From contig CBDCXR010000004.1 of assembly GCA_965223845.1 (NCBI GenBank), positions 5,152,001-5,216,000 of the forward strand: a DNA stretch of 64,000 nucleotides, given 5' to 3'. A program made the translations under genes and the position numbers. Position 1 is the stretch's first letter; each line of letters starts with the position of its first letter. Positions 1 to 10,600 of the stretch are shown here, piece after piece. The notes under the pieces were generated by a model. It was not told the DNA's origin. It did not search any database and saw only the letters and a program-made list of their open reading frames with translations. Source of the stretch: Planctomycetota bacterium (lineage in GTDB: Bacteria; Planctomycetota; UBA8108; SXIK01).

Positions 1-391
1 GAAAGAGTAGGAGTAGGAGAGGGAGAAGAGGGGTGTGTGATCCACGATTGGATCGGCTGTTTTGACCGGTGAGATCTCTAGGTGGTCGTTCTCCGCCTTG
101 GCCGACGTGGGGTGTCAGCGTTGAAGGCTCCGTTGTTTGCGATCCTGTGGTTCGCGGCTTTCGTCGTCACGCGCCGAGGAAAAGAAGACGAAGCTCGAGA
201 TCGAGATCTCTGACGAGGTTTCGCGCGAGGCCCTCGCCGCCCGCTACGGACCGAACTTTTCCATGCTCGGCCACTCGCCAAACGAGCTTGCGGTCCTCGG
301 TAGCTTCATTCGCTGGTTCACCGATACGCCGTCGCCGGAGGAAGCCAAAGCGTTCTGGTCGGAATGGCGCGCGCGGAATTCCGACTATCCG

Positions 392-3300
392 TCACTCGCA
401 CCGCACCGGACAGCCCTCGATCGCCACGCAGCTCGTGAGCGAACCGAGCCGCGGCTCGGAACCGTCCGAGAAGAGGTGAAGAAGACCCGCGATCGCGTCG
501 GCGATGTTGATCCCGCCGTCGCCATTCCAGTCCATGAGCGTTCCGTTTGGCGCATCAGCTGCTTCGCCGTCTCCACACGGGAGAACGTCGGGCGCGCCCC
601 CGAAGAGGAAACCGAGAAGACAGATCGGGTCGGCGATGTTGACTGTGCCGTCGGCGTTGCAGTCGAAGGGGCGCATGGCGCCGCTCCCCGGCGGCTGCGT
701 CGAGCAAGTCGCGATTCCCGAGGCGGACTTCGCTTCGCCGACGAATGCGCGCAGCTCGTAGTCGCCCGGCGCGGCGGACGGTGAAACGCGATCTTGGTAG
801 AGCGTCGCCTGACCGTCGAGGATCTCGACGAGGTGACCGTTTCGCGAGAGATGAATCGCGTCGTACGCTTCACCGTTTTGCCACGTGAGTGTGACGATCC
901 GCTGGCCGTCTTTCTGAGTTTCTTCACACGCGACGTCCCGAGGGGGCTGAACGCCGAGCGGGAGCGAAAGCGTGGCGTCGTCGACGCCCTTCGCACGTTT
1001 CTTCCACTTGCGGGCCGTCCCTCCCAACGTGAGCTCGAGCTGCGAGGAGGAGTGAACTGCGTAGGAGCCGATCGCTCGCGCAACGTGCGCGCCGGGCGAG
1101 AACACGGGTGGCGTCATGTTGACCGCGTCGACCCAAACGTTGTGCGGAGAATCGCTGGCCGGAATCATGCTGACGTTCATCTCGAGCGGATCCTCGACCG
1201 GCGCCAAGCCCGCGTTCCGGAGATCGACCATCACCGTCGCCTGTTCACCGGGAGAAGCGTGGCGATCGGAGACGGCGAAACGGTCGACGACGATCTCGGG
1301 CTCGAGCGAAACGAAGTACGATCGAACGCCGCGGTCCACCGCGCCTTCGGGTGCCGCTCGATCGAGCTTCGTGCTGTTCACGACGCACAGATCACCTTCA
1401 CGTCCCGTCGCGATCGCCGGCTCCCAGTCGCGCTCGCCGTCGCGCGCCAGATCCTTGACGTACCACGCGGCGTCGACTCCCTCGCTCGGGTAGAACGTCG
1501 CGACGAGAGCGTCGCCGTCGAGAGTGAGCGGCCCGCTCGTTCCGACCGGCGCGGCGACGCTCCCGGGAATCGTGTCGCCGGGTGGATCGCCCGGGTTGAA
1601 CGTCCGGGCGACGAGTCCGAACGACTCGTCGACCTCGTCCCAAACGATCACCGGAAACACCGCGAGCACCTGTGCTCCGGTTCCGGGCGGGCACGTACCG
1701 CGCTGAAGTGGGTACGCGTTTCCGAACAATCCGTTCGAAAGCTGCGCCGTGTAGACGATCTTCAGGTTGCCGACGCCGTTCGCGAGTGACGGGCCTTCGT
1801 TCGTGTTCACAAGAGGCTGATCGGCGGTGAACGCGAGCATCCCGTCGTCGTCCGACGAGAGCGCGATGGTCGGCATCTCGAGACCGGTCAGGCCGAAATC
1901 GAGCGTTTCGACCGGGGTCCATGCATCGCCGGTCCGGAACGAATACGCGATCACGCGGTCGGCGCTGGTCCCCATGAAGCCGTCGCCGTCCTGGACCCAC
2001 ACCACGCACACGGTGTTTCCGCTCGGCGACACGGCGATCGCGGGTTCGTAGTCGGCGACCGGTTCGCCGGCGACTGGCGCAGAGAGCTGCTCGATCGGCC
2101 CCGGCGGGCCGCCGATGGCGATGCGTCGCGCGACGACCTCGAGCTTGTCGCGAAGGATGAGCCCGTTCTCGGCGAAGAGGTCGCCGTCCATCGAGCGAGT
2201 CCACGTGCACCACGCTTCCCCGGCGCCCGGTGCCGCCGCCACCTTCGGCCTCCCGTCGGGAATCTGATCCGCGGTGAGCATCTCGGCGTCCGCCCAGCCG
2301 GAACCCTCCGTCCAAACGGAGAAGAAGATCTCTTCGTTCCGAAAGATCTCCGCCGTCGCTTCGGTGTCGCTCAAGACCTGCGTGAGGGAGACGACGTCCG
2401 CAATCGGGAGAGTGTTTTCGGTCCACACGGCGACCGCCTGCGTATCGCTCACGAACGCGAGCGACGAATCGCGCCGGAGCCGGTCGGTCGGCGGAAACAC
2501 GGGAGCGGGGACGCTCCAGCCTCCGCCGGTGTCTTCGGCGAAGTAGAGCTCGGGATCGTAGACACCGGGATCCGTGTCGACGTCCTTCATGAAGATCATG
2601 AGCGTACGATTCCCCGACGGGCTCGTCGCGACCGACGGGAACATCTGCTGCGGAACAGTGGGGTCGACTCCGATGCCGCCCGCACCGCCGCAGCCCGAAC
2701 CCCACTCGTTGTCGTAGACGTTGAAGGTGTGGTCGACGCAGAAGACCCCCCAGAGCGCGCAGGCATGGACTTCCGCGTCGATGTCGAGTCCGAGACAGAA
2801 CCCGACGCTCGTATCGAAGTCGCTCCCGTCCCAGTCCATCGTGATCGGCAGTGCGAATCCGACGGAAGGGTTGATCGTCGCGCCGACCGATCCGATGCCG
2901 TTCGCTACGACGAGATCGATCCCACCGGTGACGCCGAGACTGAGCTCGGGCTCGAACACGTATTCGAACTGAAAGTGCGGCTGGTTCCGGCTGAGCCGCA
3001 CCATGAGGTCGTTGTAGATCGCCGCGCCGAGCTGGATACCGAGGTATCCCCAGAGCTCGAGATCGACGCCGATGATCTTTCCGCTGACGAGTGGGCCGTA
3101 GAAAATCGTCCAGTCGAAATCTTTGTCGAGGAGCTGAATGTCGTCGACCTCGTAGACGATGTCGAAGTCGGGACACTCGAAAAAGACCTGACCCGGGATT
3201 TCGCTGTTCGGGCTCACCGACCACTGCTTGTCGAGCACGGTGAAATTGAAGAGCTCGAGCGCGAGGACCGCCTTTACCTCGTCCGCGAACCACTTCTCGT

Positions 3301-6300
3301 CCTCGAGGCGCATGCGCGCGGTCGCCCTCGCCTCGGCGTGGTTCTCGAGAACGAGATCGGGACCGGGAAGCGGAATCTCGAAGTCGTGCTCCCAAAGGAG
3401 CTGGCCGGGGAAGCTGCCTTCGACGATGTAGCGGTGAGATCCCGACTGATACGAGATGTCGGTCGAGATCAGCGGAAGATCGAGATAAGCGGGCTTCGGG
3501 CAGAATCCCATCGGCCAGACGTCACTCGCTTCCTTGTCGTCCGAGTCTTCGACGTGGACGCGGATGCGCGCCTCCGTGACGTTCGGGACGTCGCTCATAT
3601 TGAGCGTCGCCTTCCACCAAGAGAGCGCGGGGCTGCCGTCGAACATCGCCGCGGTCTCCGAGAGGTAGATCTGCGCATCGTTCGACACGTGAATGATCTC
3701 GAACCGCACCTCCGTGATCTCTCCGAAGTTCGACGGCGCAACCTGGGTGTAGAACGTCACCTCGACATCCGGGGCGATGTCCGGGATGTAGCGCTTCTCG
3801 TCCGGCGGCGGGTGGATCCCGAAAATCCGGGGAGGAACGATCGCGATGAGCTCATCGGTCGCGGGCGGCGGCGCGCCCGTTCCGAAGGCCTCGAATTCCG
3901 TCGCGCTCCCGCAGGCGTTGTCCTTCACGACGACCTTCGCCTGCGCGATCTTCCCCTTCTCGAACGAGTGCGTAATGGTCGAGCCGGCGGAGATCGCCGT
4001 TCCGTCGCCGAAGTCCCAGAAATACTCTGTGATGAAACCGTCGGGATCCTCCGCGTCTACGGCGAGCGTGAGCGTGACCTTGTCGCCGGCGTTTCCTCCT
4101 CCCGCCCCCTTCCGGCCGCCGACTCCGAATTGCAGATCGCCGAGGAGGAGATCCTCGACGCCGGGCGCGAGCGTGACGCGCCGAATATCGTGGATGACCG
4201 GAGGGATGTTCCCCGAAAGAGGGAGCACCTCGATGAGCGGATACGGCGGACAAGGATAGGGCGGCGCCACCTGCTGAACCGCGGCGTCCTTCGTGAGCCC
4301 GTAGACGTCGAGGTTTTCGTTCCCACCGTCGACGTAAAACCCGAGGACGTACTCGCCCTCGGGAAGAGGCACGGGGAAGATCGCTTCGGTCCAACGGCTG
4401 TACATCGAGACCGGGAGGTTGTTCACGTCGATGTTGTCGATGAGGACATCGTACGGCGGCTGGATCTCGCGGAGCCGCGCTTTGAGGTCGCCGCCGGTCC
4501 GGTAGCGGCTGCCGTGAACGCGGACTCGCACGCCGTTCGACGCGTCTTCGTCGAGCGAAAAATACGCGCGCCACTCGACCGTGTCGCCGCCCGGAAGCGG
4601 GAGGAGCTCGTCACTCGCGAACCCGGTGCCGCCCGTCGGTACGGGTGACGGACAATCGGTGAAGCCTCCGATTGCGCAGGTGACGGACGGATTCGCGGCG
4701 CCGAGCCTGCCTTGGAAGATCTCGACCGTGAAGAAGTGGTCGGTCGTCCCGTCCGCGATACGCCCCCACTCCTCTGCCGATAGACCGAGCTCCGTCGCGT
4801 CTCCGGGAAGCTCCGCCATCAACTCGCCGTCGCAGTAAACGCGAACACCCTCTGCCTCGATGACGTGCGACCAAGAAATGACGGCTCCGATCTTGTCGCC
4901 GAGGAACTCGCAGTTCAGATCCTGCACCGGCGGAAGACTCGGCGTGACGTAGGTCACGGCTTGCGCGCGGGTCGTCGTCGCGCCGCGATCGCGCGTTCCG
5001 ACGCGGAGGTCGTAGGTCCCCGGCTCTCTCGGCGGGAGCGTGACCGAAGCTCGATCGACGCCGTCGAACCGCATCGCGTACTCGCCAGGGAAGTCGTACA
5101 CTTCGTACGCCACCTCGGGGTCGATGGACTCCTTGAACACGAGAACGACATCGCCGCCCGAAGTCGGCAGCTCGGACGGAATCACGCCGACGATCTCGAG
5201 CTCGAGGTCGCGGTAGAGGACTCCCTGCTCCCAGGTGTCGAGCGTAGCGGTGAATCCGCGCTCGAGCGTCACTGGAGTCCAGCCCGCAGCCGCCGCCGGA
5301 GGGACCTTTCCCACGATTCGTGTCGGCCCGACCGGCTCGGCATCGACGAGCGGTACGCCTCCGATCTCGACGGTCAGGTCCTCGGTAAAATTGCGGCCGT
5401 CGATGGCGATGAACGTACCGCCGGACGTCCAGTGCTCCTGGGGATGGATCCGCGTGATCTCAGGTTCGGCCGATCGGTCGACGTAGCGGACGCCATCGGC
5501 TAGCGTCGCGACGACCTCGTCGCCATCTCGAACCTCGACGACGTAGTCGCCCGGCGGGAGAGCGGGCGCGGTTCCCGTGGCGCGCTGCTCGCTTTCGAGG
5601 TCCTGCGCGGTGAGGAGTCGACCCTCGAAGTAGAACGTGTGCTGTCGTTCGAAACCTTCACCGATGATCGTCACGATCTCTCCGCCGCGCGAGTCGAGCT
5701 CTTCGGGTTCTACGCGCCGTATCGCGACGACGGGTGGTGGCGCCACGTACTCGACGAGGTCCGGAGCGAACGCGAGTCGCGTGTTGAGATCGCTGAAAAT
5801 CGTCACTCCGGGAAGCCCGGGTTCGTCTCCCGCCGGCGCCGTGCCCTCGATCGTCATCGCGTCGACGATCTCGAGATCGAGCAGCCGCTTCGCCCCAATC
5901 GTCACGTATTGACCCGCGGCGAAACCCGTCCCCCGAATGGTGACCGTCGTGCCTCCGGCGAGGTCGAGCTCGCGCGGCTCGATGCTGCGTATCGTCACCG
6001 GGTCGGGGGGAGTGACGTAGGTCACCGCATCGGCGATGCGGTCGAGACGCTGATCCGAGGCGCTGAAGAGCGTCAAGTCGTAGCTCCCGGGATCGTTTGC
6101 CGGCGCCGTGCCCGTGATCGTCGTCGCGTCGACGATCACGGGGTTTACGAGACGCTTCGTCCCGATCGTGACGTAGACGCCGCGTTCGAACCTCGCGCCG
6201 GTGATCGTCACCGCCGCGCCGCCGGACGGATCGAGCTCGCTCGGATCGATCCCCTCTAGGTTCTGGGCAGAGACCGCTTCACCAGCGAGCGATGCGGCGA

Positions 6301-6328
6301 TCACCGCAAGACAGAGGAAGACTTTCAT
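392..6328 (-). CDS. Very large secreted surface protein: IPT/TIG repeats, PKD domain, beta-rich region, C-terminal dockerin-like domain
   Basis: Signal peptide MKVFLCLAVIAASLAGEAVSA with AAGGG upstream (ATG at 6328 preferred over 6346). Repeated I..v.P.el...GG..vtI.G..F motifs, a PKD motif YFWDFGDG, and paired DxNxDGxxNIAD motifs at the C-terminus. Confidence 0.8.
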   Translation of the reverse strand: MKVFLCLAVIAASLAGEAVSAQNLEGIDPSELDPSGGAAVTITGARFERGVYVTIGTKRLVNPVIVDATTITGTAPANDPGSYDLTLFSASDQRLDRIADAVTYVTPPDPVTIRSIEPRELDLAGGTTVTIRGTGFAAGQYVTIGAKRLLDLEIVDAMTIEGTAPAGDEPGLPGVTIFSDLNTRLAFAPDLVEYVAPPPVVAIRRVEPEELDSRGGEIVTIIGEGFERQHTFYFEGRLLTAQDLESEQRATGTAPALPPGDYVVEVRDGDEVVATLADGVRYVDRSAEPEITRIHPQEHWTSGGTFIAIDGRNFTEDLTVEIGGVPLVDAEPVGPTRIVGKVPPAAAAGWTPVTLERGFTATLDTWEQGVLYRDLELEIVGVIPSELPTSGGDVVLVFKESIDPEVAYEVYDFPGEYAMRFDGVDRASVTLPPREPGTYDLRVGTRDRGATTTRAQAVTYVTPSLPPVQDLNCEFLGDKIGAVISWSHVIEAEGVRVYCDGELMAELPGDATELGLSAEEWGRIADGTTDHFFTVEIFQGRLGAANPSVTCAIGGFTDCPSPVPTGGTGFASDELLPLPGGDTVEWRAYFSLDEDASNGVRVRVHGSRYRTGGDLKARLREIQPPYDVLIDNIDVNNLPVSMYSRWTEAIFPVPLPEGEYVLGFYVDGGNENLDVYGLTKDAAVQQVAPPYPCPPYPLIEVLPLSGNIPPVIHDIRRVTLAPGVEDLLLGDLQFGVGGRKGAGGGNAGDKVTLTLAVDAEDPDGFITEYFWDFGDGTAISAGSTITHSFEKGKIAQAKVVVKDNACGSATEFEAFGTGAPPPATDELIAIVPPRIFGIHPPPDEKRYIPDIAPDVEVTFYTQVAPSNFGEITEVRFEIIHVSNDAQIYLSETAAMFDGSPALSWWKATLNMSDVPNVTEARIRVHVEDSDDKEASDVWPMGFCPKPAYLDLPLISTDISYQSGSHRYIVEGSFPGQLLWEHDFEIPLPGPDLVLENHAEARATARMRLEDEKWFADEVKAVLALELFNFTVLDKQWSVSPNSEIPGQVFFECPDFDIVYEVDDIQLLDKDFDWTIFYGPLVSGKIIGVDLELWGYLGIQLGAAIYNDLMVRLSRNQPHFQFEYVFEPELSLGVTGGIDLVVANGIGSVGATINPSVGFALPITMDWDGSDFDTSVGFCLGLDIDAEVHACALWGVFCVDHTFNVYDNEWGSGCGGAGGIGVDPTVPQQMFPSVATSPSGNRTLMIFMKDVDTDPGVYDPELYFAEDTGGGWSVPAPVFPPTDRLRRDSSLAFVSDTQAVAVWTENTLPIADVVSLTQVLSDTEATAEIFRNEEIFFSVWTEGSGWADAEMLTADQIPDGRPKVAAAPGAGEAWCTWTRSMDGDLFAENGLILRDKLEVVARRIAIGGPPGPIEQLSAPVAGEPVADYEPAIAVSPSGNTVCVVWVQDGDGFMGTSADRVIAYSFRTGDAWTPVETLDFGLTGLEMPTIALSSDDDGMLAFTADQPLVNTNEGPSLANGVGNLKIVYTAQLSNGLFGNAYPLQRGTCPPGTGAQVLAVFPVIVWDEVDESFGLVARTFNPGDPPGDTIPGSVAAPVGTSGPLTLDGDALVATFYPSEGVDAAWYVKDLARDGERDWEPAIATGREGDLCVVNSTKLDRAAPEGAVDRGVRSYFVSLEPEIVVDRFAVSDRHASPGEQATVMVDLRNAGLAPVEDPLEMNVSMIPASDSPHNVWVDAVNMTPPVFSPGAHVARAIGSYAVHSSSQLELTLGGTARKWKKRAKGVDDATLSLPLGVQPPRDVACEETQKDGQRIVTLTWQNGEAYDAIHLSRNGHLVEILDGQATLYQDRVSPSAAPGDYELRAFVGEAKSASGIATCSTQPPGSGAMRPFDCNADGTVNIADPICLLGFLFGGAPDVLPCGDGEAADAPNGTLMDWNGDGGINIADAIAGLLHLFSDGSEPRLGSLTSCVAIEGCPVRCE

Positions 6329-6514
6329 GGCACCCTTTCGACTCACTCGATGCTCCGGGAAAAGTACGGCGCCCGAAAGATACGGGGAGCTCGATACGCG
6401 AGCGGCTCACCGAAAACAGACTCGGCATCGGGAAACGCGGAAACCGCGCGCAAAAGCGGAAAAAAATTCCGCGATGGTGCGCCCTCGTCCCGAACGGCCC
6501 CCGAACCGCCGGCG

Positions 6515-6973
6515 CTAGTCTCTCGGTGCCCCGACGTTCTTCGGTGAGGGGCTCACGATGATCGGCACCTTGCCGTGCTCCTCGAGGAGACGGACGAGCG
6601 GGCCGACGCTGAGCCCGGGCGTGGCGGCGATCTCGATCTCGAGAAACTCGCCGAGCTCCTCTTCGGCCGCGATGATTGCGGCGACGGCCTCGGGATCGAG
6701 AGAACCGTCGACCTCGACCGTCACCGATCGGCCGCCGAACGAGAGCTCGGCCGAATCGCCGCTCCTGACGAGTGCACCGAGCACTCGCCCCTCCCGTCGC
6801 CCGGCCGGCGCGGGGTCGCGAGGATGGACGGATGCGGGCTCGGCTGCATCCGCGGCGCCGAGGTGGTCCGAGCTCTGGTCGGAGAATCCGCTGCGCTCGG
6901 CCCCGTCGTCGCCGTCGGCGCAGCCGAAGAGACTGAAAGCTAAGATCGTGAGTCCCGGGAGCGCGCGCATCAT
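6515..6973 (-). CDS. Putative lipoprotein, hypothetical
   Basis: MMRALPGLTILAFSLFGC lipobox-like N-terminus; fits between flanking genes. Confidence 0.55.
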   Translation of the reverse strand: MMRALPGLTILAFSLFGCADGDDGAERSGFSDQSSDHLGAADAAEPASVHPRDPAPAGRREGRVLGALVRSGDSAELSFGGRSVTVEVDGSLDPEAVAAIIAAEEELGEFLEIEIAATPGLSVGPLVRLLEEHGKVPIIVSPSPKNVGAPRD

Positions 6974-7137
6974 GTCCCCAGTTTGACCGACGATCCCGCG
7001 CGGCGACACTTTTCCTTGGCCGCGGGGGTCGGGCTTCTTCTCTCGCGCTGCGGTTCGCGGGCGCCGGACGGTCGTAGACTCGACGCGGCTTCTGAGATCA
7101 GATGACCCCTCTAGCATTCAGGTCCTCGACCGCGCCC

Positions 7138-8055
7138 ATGAACGGCATCCTCAATATCGACAAGCCGAGCGGCATCACGTCCCACGACGTCGTCGATCGC
7201 GTACGGCGAGCTCTCAAGACACGCCGCGTCGGACACGCCGGAACGCTCGACCCGCTTGCGACCGGAGTTCTCGTTGTCTGCGTCGGAAACGCAACGCGGA
7301 TCTCCGAGTACGTGATGGCGGGAGAAAAAGAGTACGCCGCGACGATCCGCTTCGGCGAGACGACCGACACGTACGACGCGGAGGGAGTCGTCGTCGCGCG
7401 TGCTCCGGTCGAACTCTCGCGAGACGACATCGAGCGCGCACTTGCCGACTTCCTCGGCGACATCGAGCAGGTGCCGCCGGTCTACTCGGCGATCAAGGTC
7501 GGCGGTACACCGCTTCACCGTCGCGCGCGGAAGGGTGAAGCCGTGACTCCGAAGCCGCGCTCCGTCACGATTCACGACATCGCCATCGAAGGCTGGATCT
7601 CGCCGGATATCGCCGTTCGGATCCGCTGCTCACCGGGAACGTACATCCGTTCGTTCGCGCACGATCTCGGGGAGCGACTCGGCTGCGGCGCGCACCTCGC
7701 CCGGCTCGAGCGGCGCGCGAGCGGGAACTTTTCGATCGACGATGCGATCACCCTCGAGGCGCTCACCGAGCTCGCGCGGAGCGGAACGACCCACGACGCG
7801 CTGAGACCGATGGAAGACGGGCTGGCGGCATTCCCCGCCGTCACTGTCGACGACGAACTCTCCCGCGCGATCGGCCACGGTCGCGAAGTGACCCTCGACG
7901 CTCACGCGGCTTCGGATGGCGAGCTCGTGCAGGCGCGGGGGGCGGAAGGGAAGACCATCGCTCTCCTACGCTACGACGCGTCACGACGGGCTTGGCGACC
8001 GCGGAAGGTCTTCGCGGCCGGTATCCCGGCCTCGCCGGCGGAAAGCCGCGACTAA
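7138..8055 (+). CDS. truB: tRNA pseudouridine(55) synthase
   Basis: Motifs GILNIDKPSGITSHDVV, GHAGTLDPLATGVL, QVPPVYSAIKVGG and CSPGTYIRS. Confidence 0.97.
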   Translation: MNGILNIDKPSGITSHDVVDRVRRALKTRRVGHAGTLDPLATGVLVVCVGNATRISEYVMAGEKEYAATIRFGETTDTYDAEGVVVARAPVELSRDDIERALADFLGDIEQVPPVYSAIKVGGTPLHRRARKGEAVTPKPRSVTIHDIAIEGWISPDIAVRIRCSPGTYIRSFAHDLGERLGCGAHLARLERRASGNFSIDDAITLEALTELARSGTTHDALRPMEDGLAAFPAVTVDDELSRAIGHGREVTLDAHAASDGELVQARGAEGKTIALLRYDASRRAWRPRKVFAAGIPASPAESRD

Positions 8056-8179
8056 TGCGGATGGTCGGGGTTGAACGATGGACGACCTGGTACGAGTCCG
8101 CCCGGCCCGCTACCATCCGCGTGACGGGGCAACACACCGCCGTTCTCCGATCCCGATTTTCGCCGAGGACCCACTCTCG

Positions 8180-9535
8180 ATGCGCATCTTGATCCCCGCC
8201 GTGCTGGGCTCCGCTCTTCTCGGAGTCGCGGCTTGTTTTCTCGTGATCGCGTCGGAATCGCCGGACGGAGTCGCCCCGAATCGCGGGCCCGACTCGGCGC
8301 TCGAGGGCTGGGCGGGCGATCCAGCGAGCTCGCGCGGATCCGTGCGAGGGGACTCCGAAACCGCAGCGAGCGGCGAGCGCGCCGGAGGCGAGCTCGCCGC
8401 GGGCGAGTCGGCCGACGCGAACGCGCGTTCGGCTCGACGGGCCGCAGCTCGGGGACTCGGCACGTTTCGGGGGAACGGCGAAGGCCTAGGTACGGGCGGC
8501 GAAGGATCGAAGCCGAACGGATCCGCAGATGGTACGAAGAGCGGCGTGCTCGCCGGCACGGCGCTCACGGCGGCTCTCCTCGAGGCGCTCGAGGCCGAGG
8601 ATCTCGGTGCCCTTCAAGGCCTCCTCATCTCGGAGCTCACCCTCGACGGAACGAGACTTTCCGCGGAGGACCTTCCGCTTCTCTTCGACGCACTGAGCGG
8701 AGTCGACGACTACGGGATGGAGAAGCTGATCCTCACGCATCTCGAACGATTGGACGCTCCTCCGGACGCGCTCGTCGACGGTTACCTCGATTATCTCGAG
8801 GGCGCGCGAAAGTCCGCCCACACTGACGACATCTTCAAGAAGATCGTCGACCTCGGTGGGGACGCCGGACTGCGCGGTCTGTCCGAGCTCGTCGGGTCGA
8901 CCGGGAGCGAGAAGCTACGCGGCCGGGCGGCGCTCGCGCTGGCGGAGATCGGCGACGCTCGCGGAGTGGAAGCGATTCAGCGTGCACTCTTCGCCGCCGA
9001 CGATGCCAACTCGGCGCGACCGTTCATCCAGGCCCTCGCGCGTTTCGATGATCCCGCCGCGGTGTCCACTCTGGTGGACTACGTGTCGCGCAGCGGCGAA
9101 TCGGCGTTTCGCTATCTTCGGGAAATCCGCGGAGAGGAAGCGGCGCCCGTTCTCGCCCGCGAGCTGGATCCACGTGGAGACGGATCGTTTCAGCGGGAGC
9201 TTCTCCGAAAGCTGCGCGACCTTCGCGATCCGCGCACGCTCGGCGATCTGGAGAGATTCCTCCGGCGCGCCGAAGGGACGATGCTCCGCGATACGGTCAT
9301 GACGGTCGCGCGCATTCCGGATCCGCGGGCGGCGGATCTGCTCGAGCGTTTCGCCGCGCGATCACACGACGAAGCGCTCGCGAGCTACGCGCGCCGGAGC
9401 GCACAGAAGCTCGAAGAGCGCCTCGCGCGATCAGCGCGCGAGAGCGATCGTCGCGAAGCCGAATCGCGCGAACGACGCGCGCGGGCGGAAGAGAAGAAGC
9501 GCGCGAAGAGCGAAAAGCGCGGACGGCGGGTCTGA
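8180..9535 (+). CDS. Membrane-anchored HEAT-repeat protein
   Basis: N-terminal hydrophobic anchor, a low-complexity linker, then repeats such as RGRAALALAEIGDARGVEAI. Confidence 0.7.
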   Translation: MRILIPAVLGSALLGVAACFLVIASESPDGVAPNRGPDSALEGWAGDPASSRGSVRGDSETAASGERAGGELAAGESADANARSARRAAARGLGTFRGNGEGLGTGGEGSKPNGSADGTKSGVLAGTALTAALLEALEAEDLGALQGLLISELTLDGTRLSAEDLPLLFDALSGVDDYGMEKLILTHLERLDAPPDALVDGYLDYLEGARKSAHTDDIFKKIVDLGGDAGLRGLSELVGSTGSEKLRGRAALALAEIGDARGVEAIQRALFAADDANSARPFIQALARFDDPAAVSTLVDYVSRSGESAFRYLREIRGEEAAPVLARELDPRGDGSFQRELLRKLRDLRDPRTLGDLERFLRRAEGTMLRDTVMTVARIPDPRAADLLERFAARSHDEALASYARRSAQKLEERLARSARESDRREAESRERRARAEEKKRAKSEKRGRRV

Positions 9536-9601
9536 TGCCGGGTGGGGAGACCTCGACACCGAGGCCCGGCGACGTTTCGGAGATTCGCTAGAGCGCTCGA
9601 G

Positions 9602-10573
9602 ATGCGGAGACGCGTGCGAAAGTTCCGCCCGTTCCCGCTCCTCGGGAACCCCCATGTCCAAACGATTCTCGGGAGCCAGCTCCGCTGGAGCCGAGCCCCC
9701 GCTTCGTCGCGTTCACTCGTCCTTCTCGACGACGGCGACCGCATCGCGATCGAGGTCTCGACTCCGCCGGAGTGGACGCCACGGGAACGAACCGTTCTCC
9801 TGATCCACGGTCTCTGTGGATGTCAGGACTCGGGGTACCTCGTCCGACTCTCGCGGCGCCTATTCGCCGCCGGGATTCGCGCCGTGCGCATGAACCAGCG
9901 CGGCTGCGGTTCGGGAGCGGGACTCGCGCGCAACCTCTACCACAGCGGCCGAAGCGAAGACGTCGAGGCCGTGCTCCGTCATCTCAGGCGAGAAACTCCA
10001 GATTCCCCGCTCGACGTCGTCGGTTTCTCACTCGGCGGAAACATGGCGCTCAAGCTCGCCGGCGAGCTCGGCGACGCCATGACGGACCTATGCGATCAGG
10101 TCGTCGCGATCTGTCCGCCCGCCAACCTCCTCGCTTGCGCGCACCGCCTGAGTCAGCCGCACGCGCGCATCTACGATCAATACTTCGTCCGGCTCCTCCG
10201 CCGCATGGTGGCCGATCGCCACGAGCGCTTTCCCGACCTCGGTCCGTTCGAGCTCCCGCCTCGCCTGTCACTCTACGAGTTCGACGATCTCTACACGGCG
10301 CCGCACTCGGGCTTCGCGAGTGCGCTCGACTATTACACGCGCTCGAGCTCCGCTCCCCTCACGCCGAACGTCCGGGTGCGGTGCCGGGTCCTCTTTGCCG
10401 AGGACGATCCCTTCATCGATCCGGAAGCTCTCGCTCCGTTCCCGTCGCGCGTCGAGGTGCTGCGCGTTTCCCACGGCGGTCACCTCGGGTTCGTCGGCGC
10501 ACCGGGTCGGAGGTTTCGCTGGATGGACGAGTGCGTGCTCGGCTGGTTGAGCGTCGGCGACTCTCGGAATTGA
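9602..10573 (+). CDS. YheT-family alpha/beta hydrolase
   Basis: NPHVQTI, HGLCG, nucleophile elbow GFSLGG, DDPFI and HGGHLGF. Confidence 0.88.
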   Translation: MRRRVRKFRPFPLLGNPHVQTILGSQLRWSRAPASSRSLVLLDDGDRIAIEVSTPPEWTPRERTVLLIHGLCGCQDSGYLVRLSRRLFAAGIRAVRMNQRGCGSGAGLARNLYHSGRSEDVEAVLRHLRRETPDSPLDVVGFSLGGNMALKLAGELGDAMTDLCDQVVAICPPANLLACAHRLSQPHARIYDQYFVRLLRRMVADRHERFPDLGPFELPPRLSLYEFDDLYTAPHSGFASALDYYTRSSSAPLTPNVRVRCRVLFAEDDPFIDPEALAPFPSRVEVLRVSHGGHLGFVGAPGRRFRWMDECVLGWLSVGDSRN

Positions 10574-10600
10574 AGAGCTCCGAGGACGACGCGGACACGC

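Noticed and set aside
1-40. Purine-rich GAGTAG/GAGAG run
   Set aside because: Low complexity and cut by the window edge; no function can be assigned.
137-784. Plus-strand ORF whose first ~85 aa look protein-like
   Set aside because: Weak start, and more than half overlaps the dockerin-encoding end of the large minus-strand gene. It may be a gene remnant, but I cannot support a call.
2729-4648. Long antisense ORFs here and at 40613-42457, 49102-50871 and 54083-55900
   Set aside because: Shadow frames of real high-GC genes, with no motifs of their own.
6560-6760. ExbD/TolR-like look of the lipoprotein C-terminus
   Set aside because: Similarity is too weak by eye and there is no exbB or tonB neighbour.
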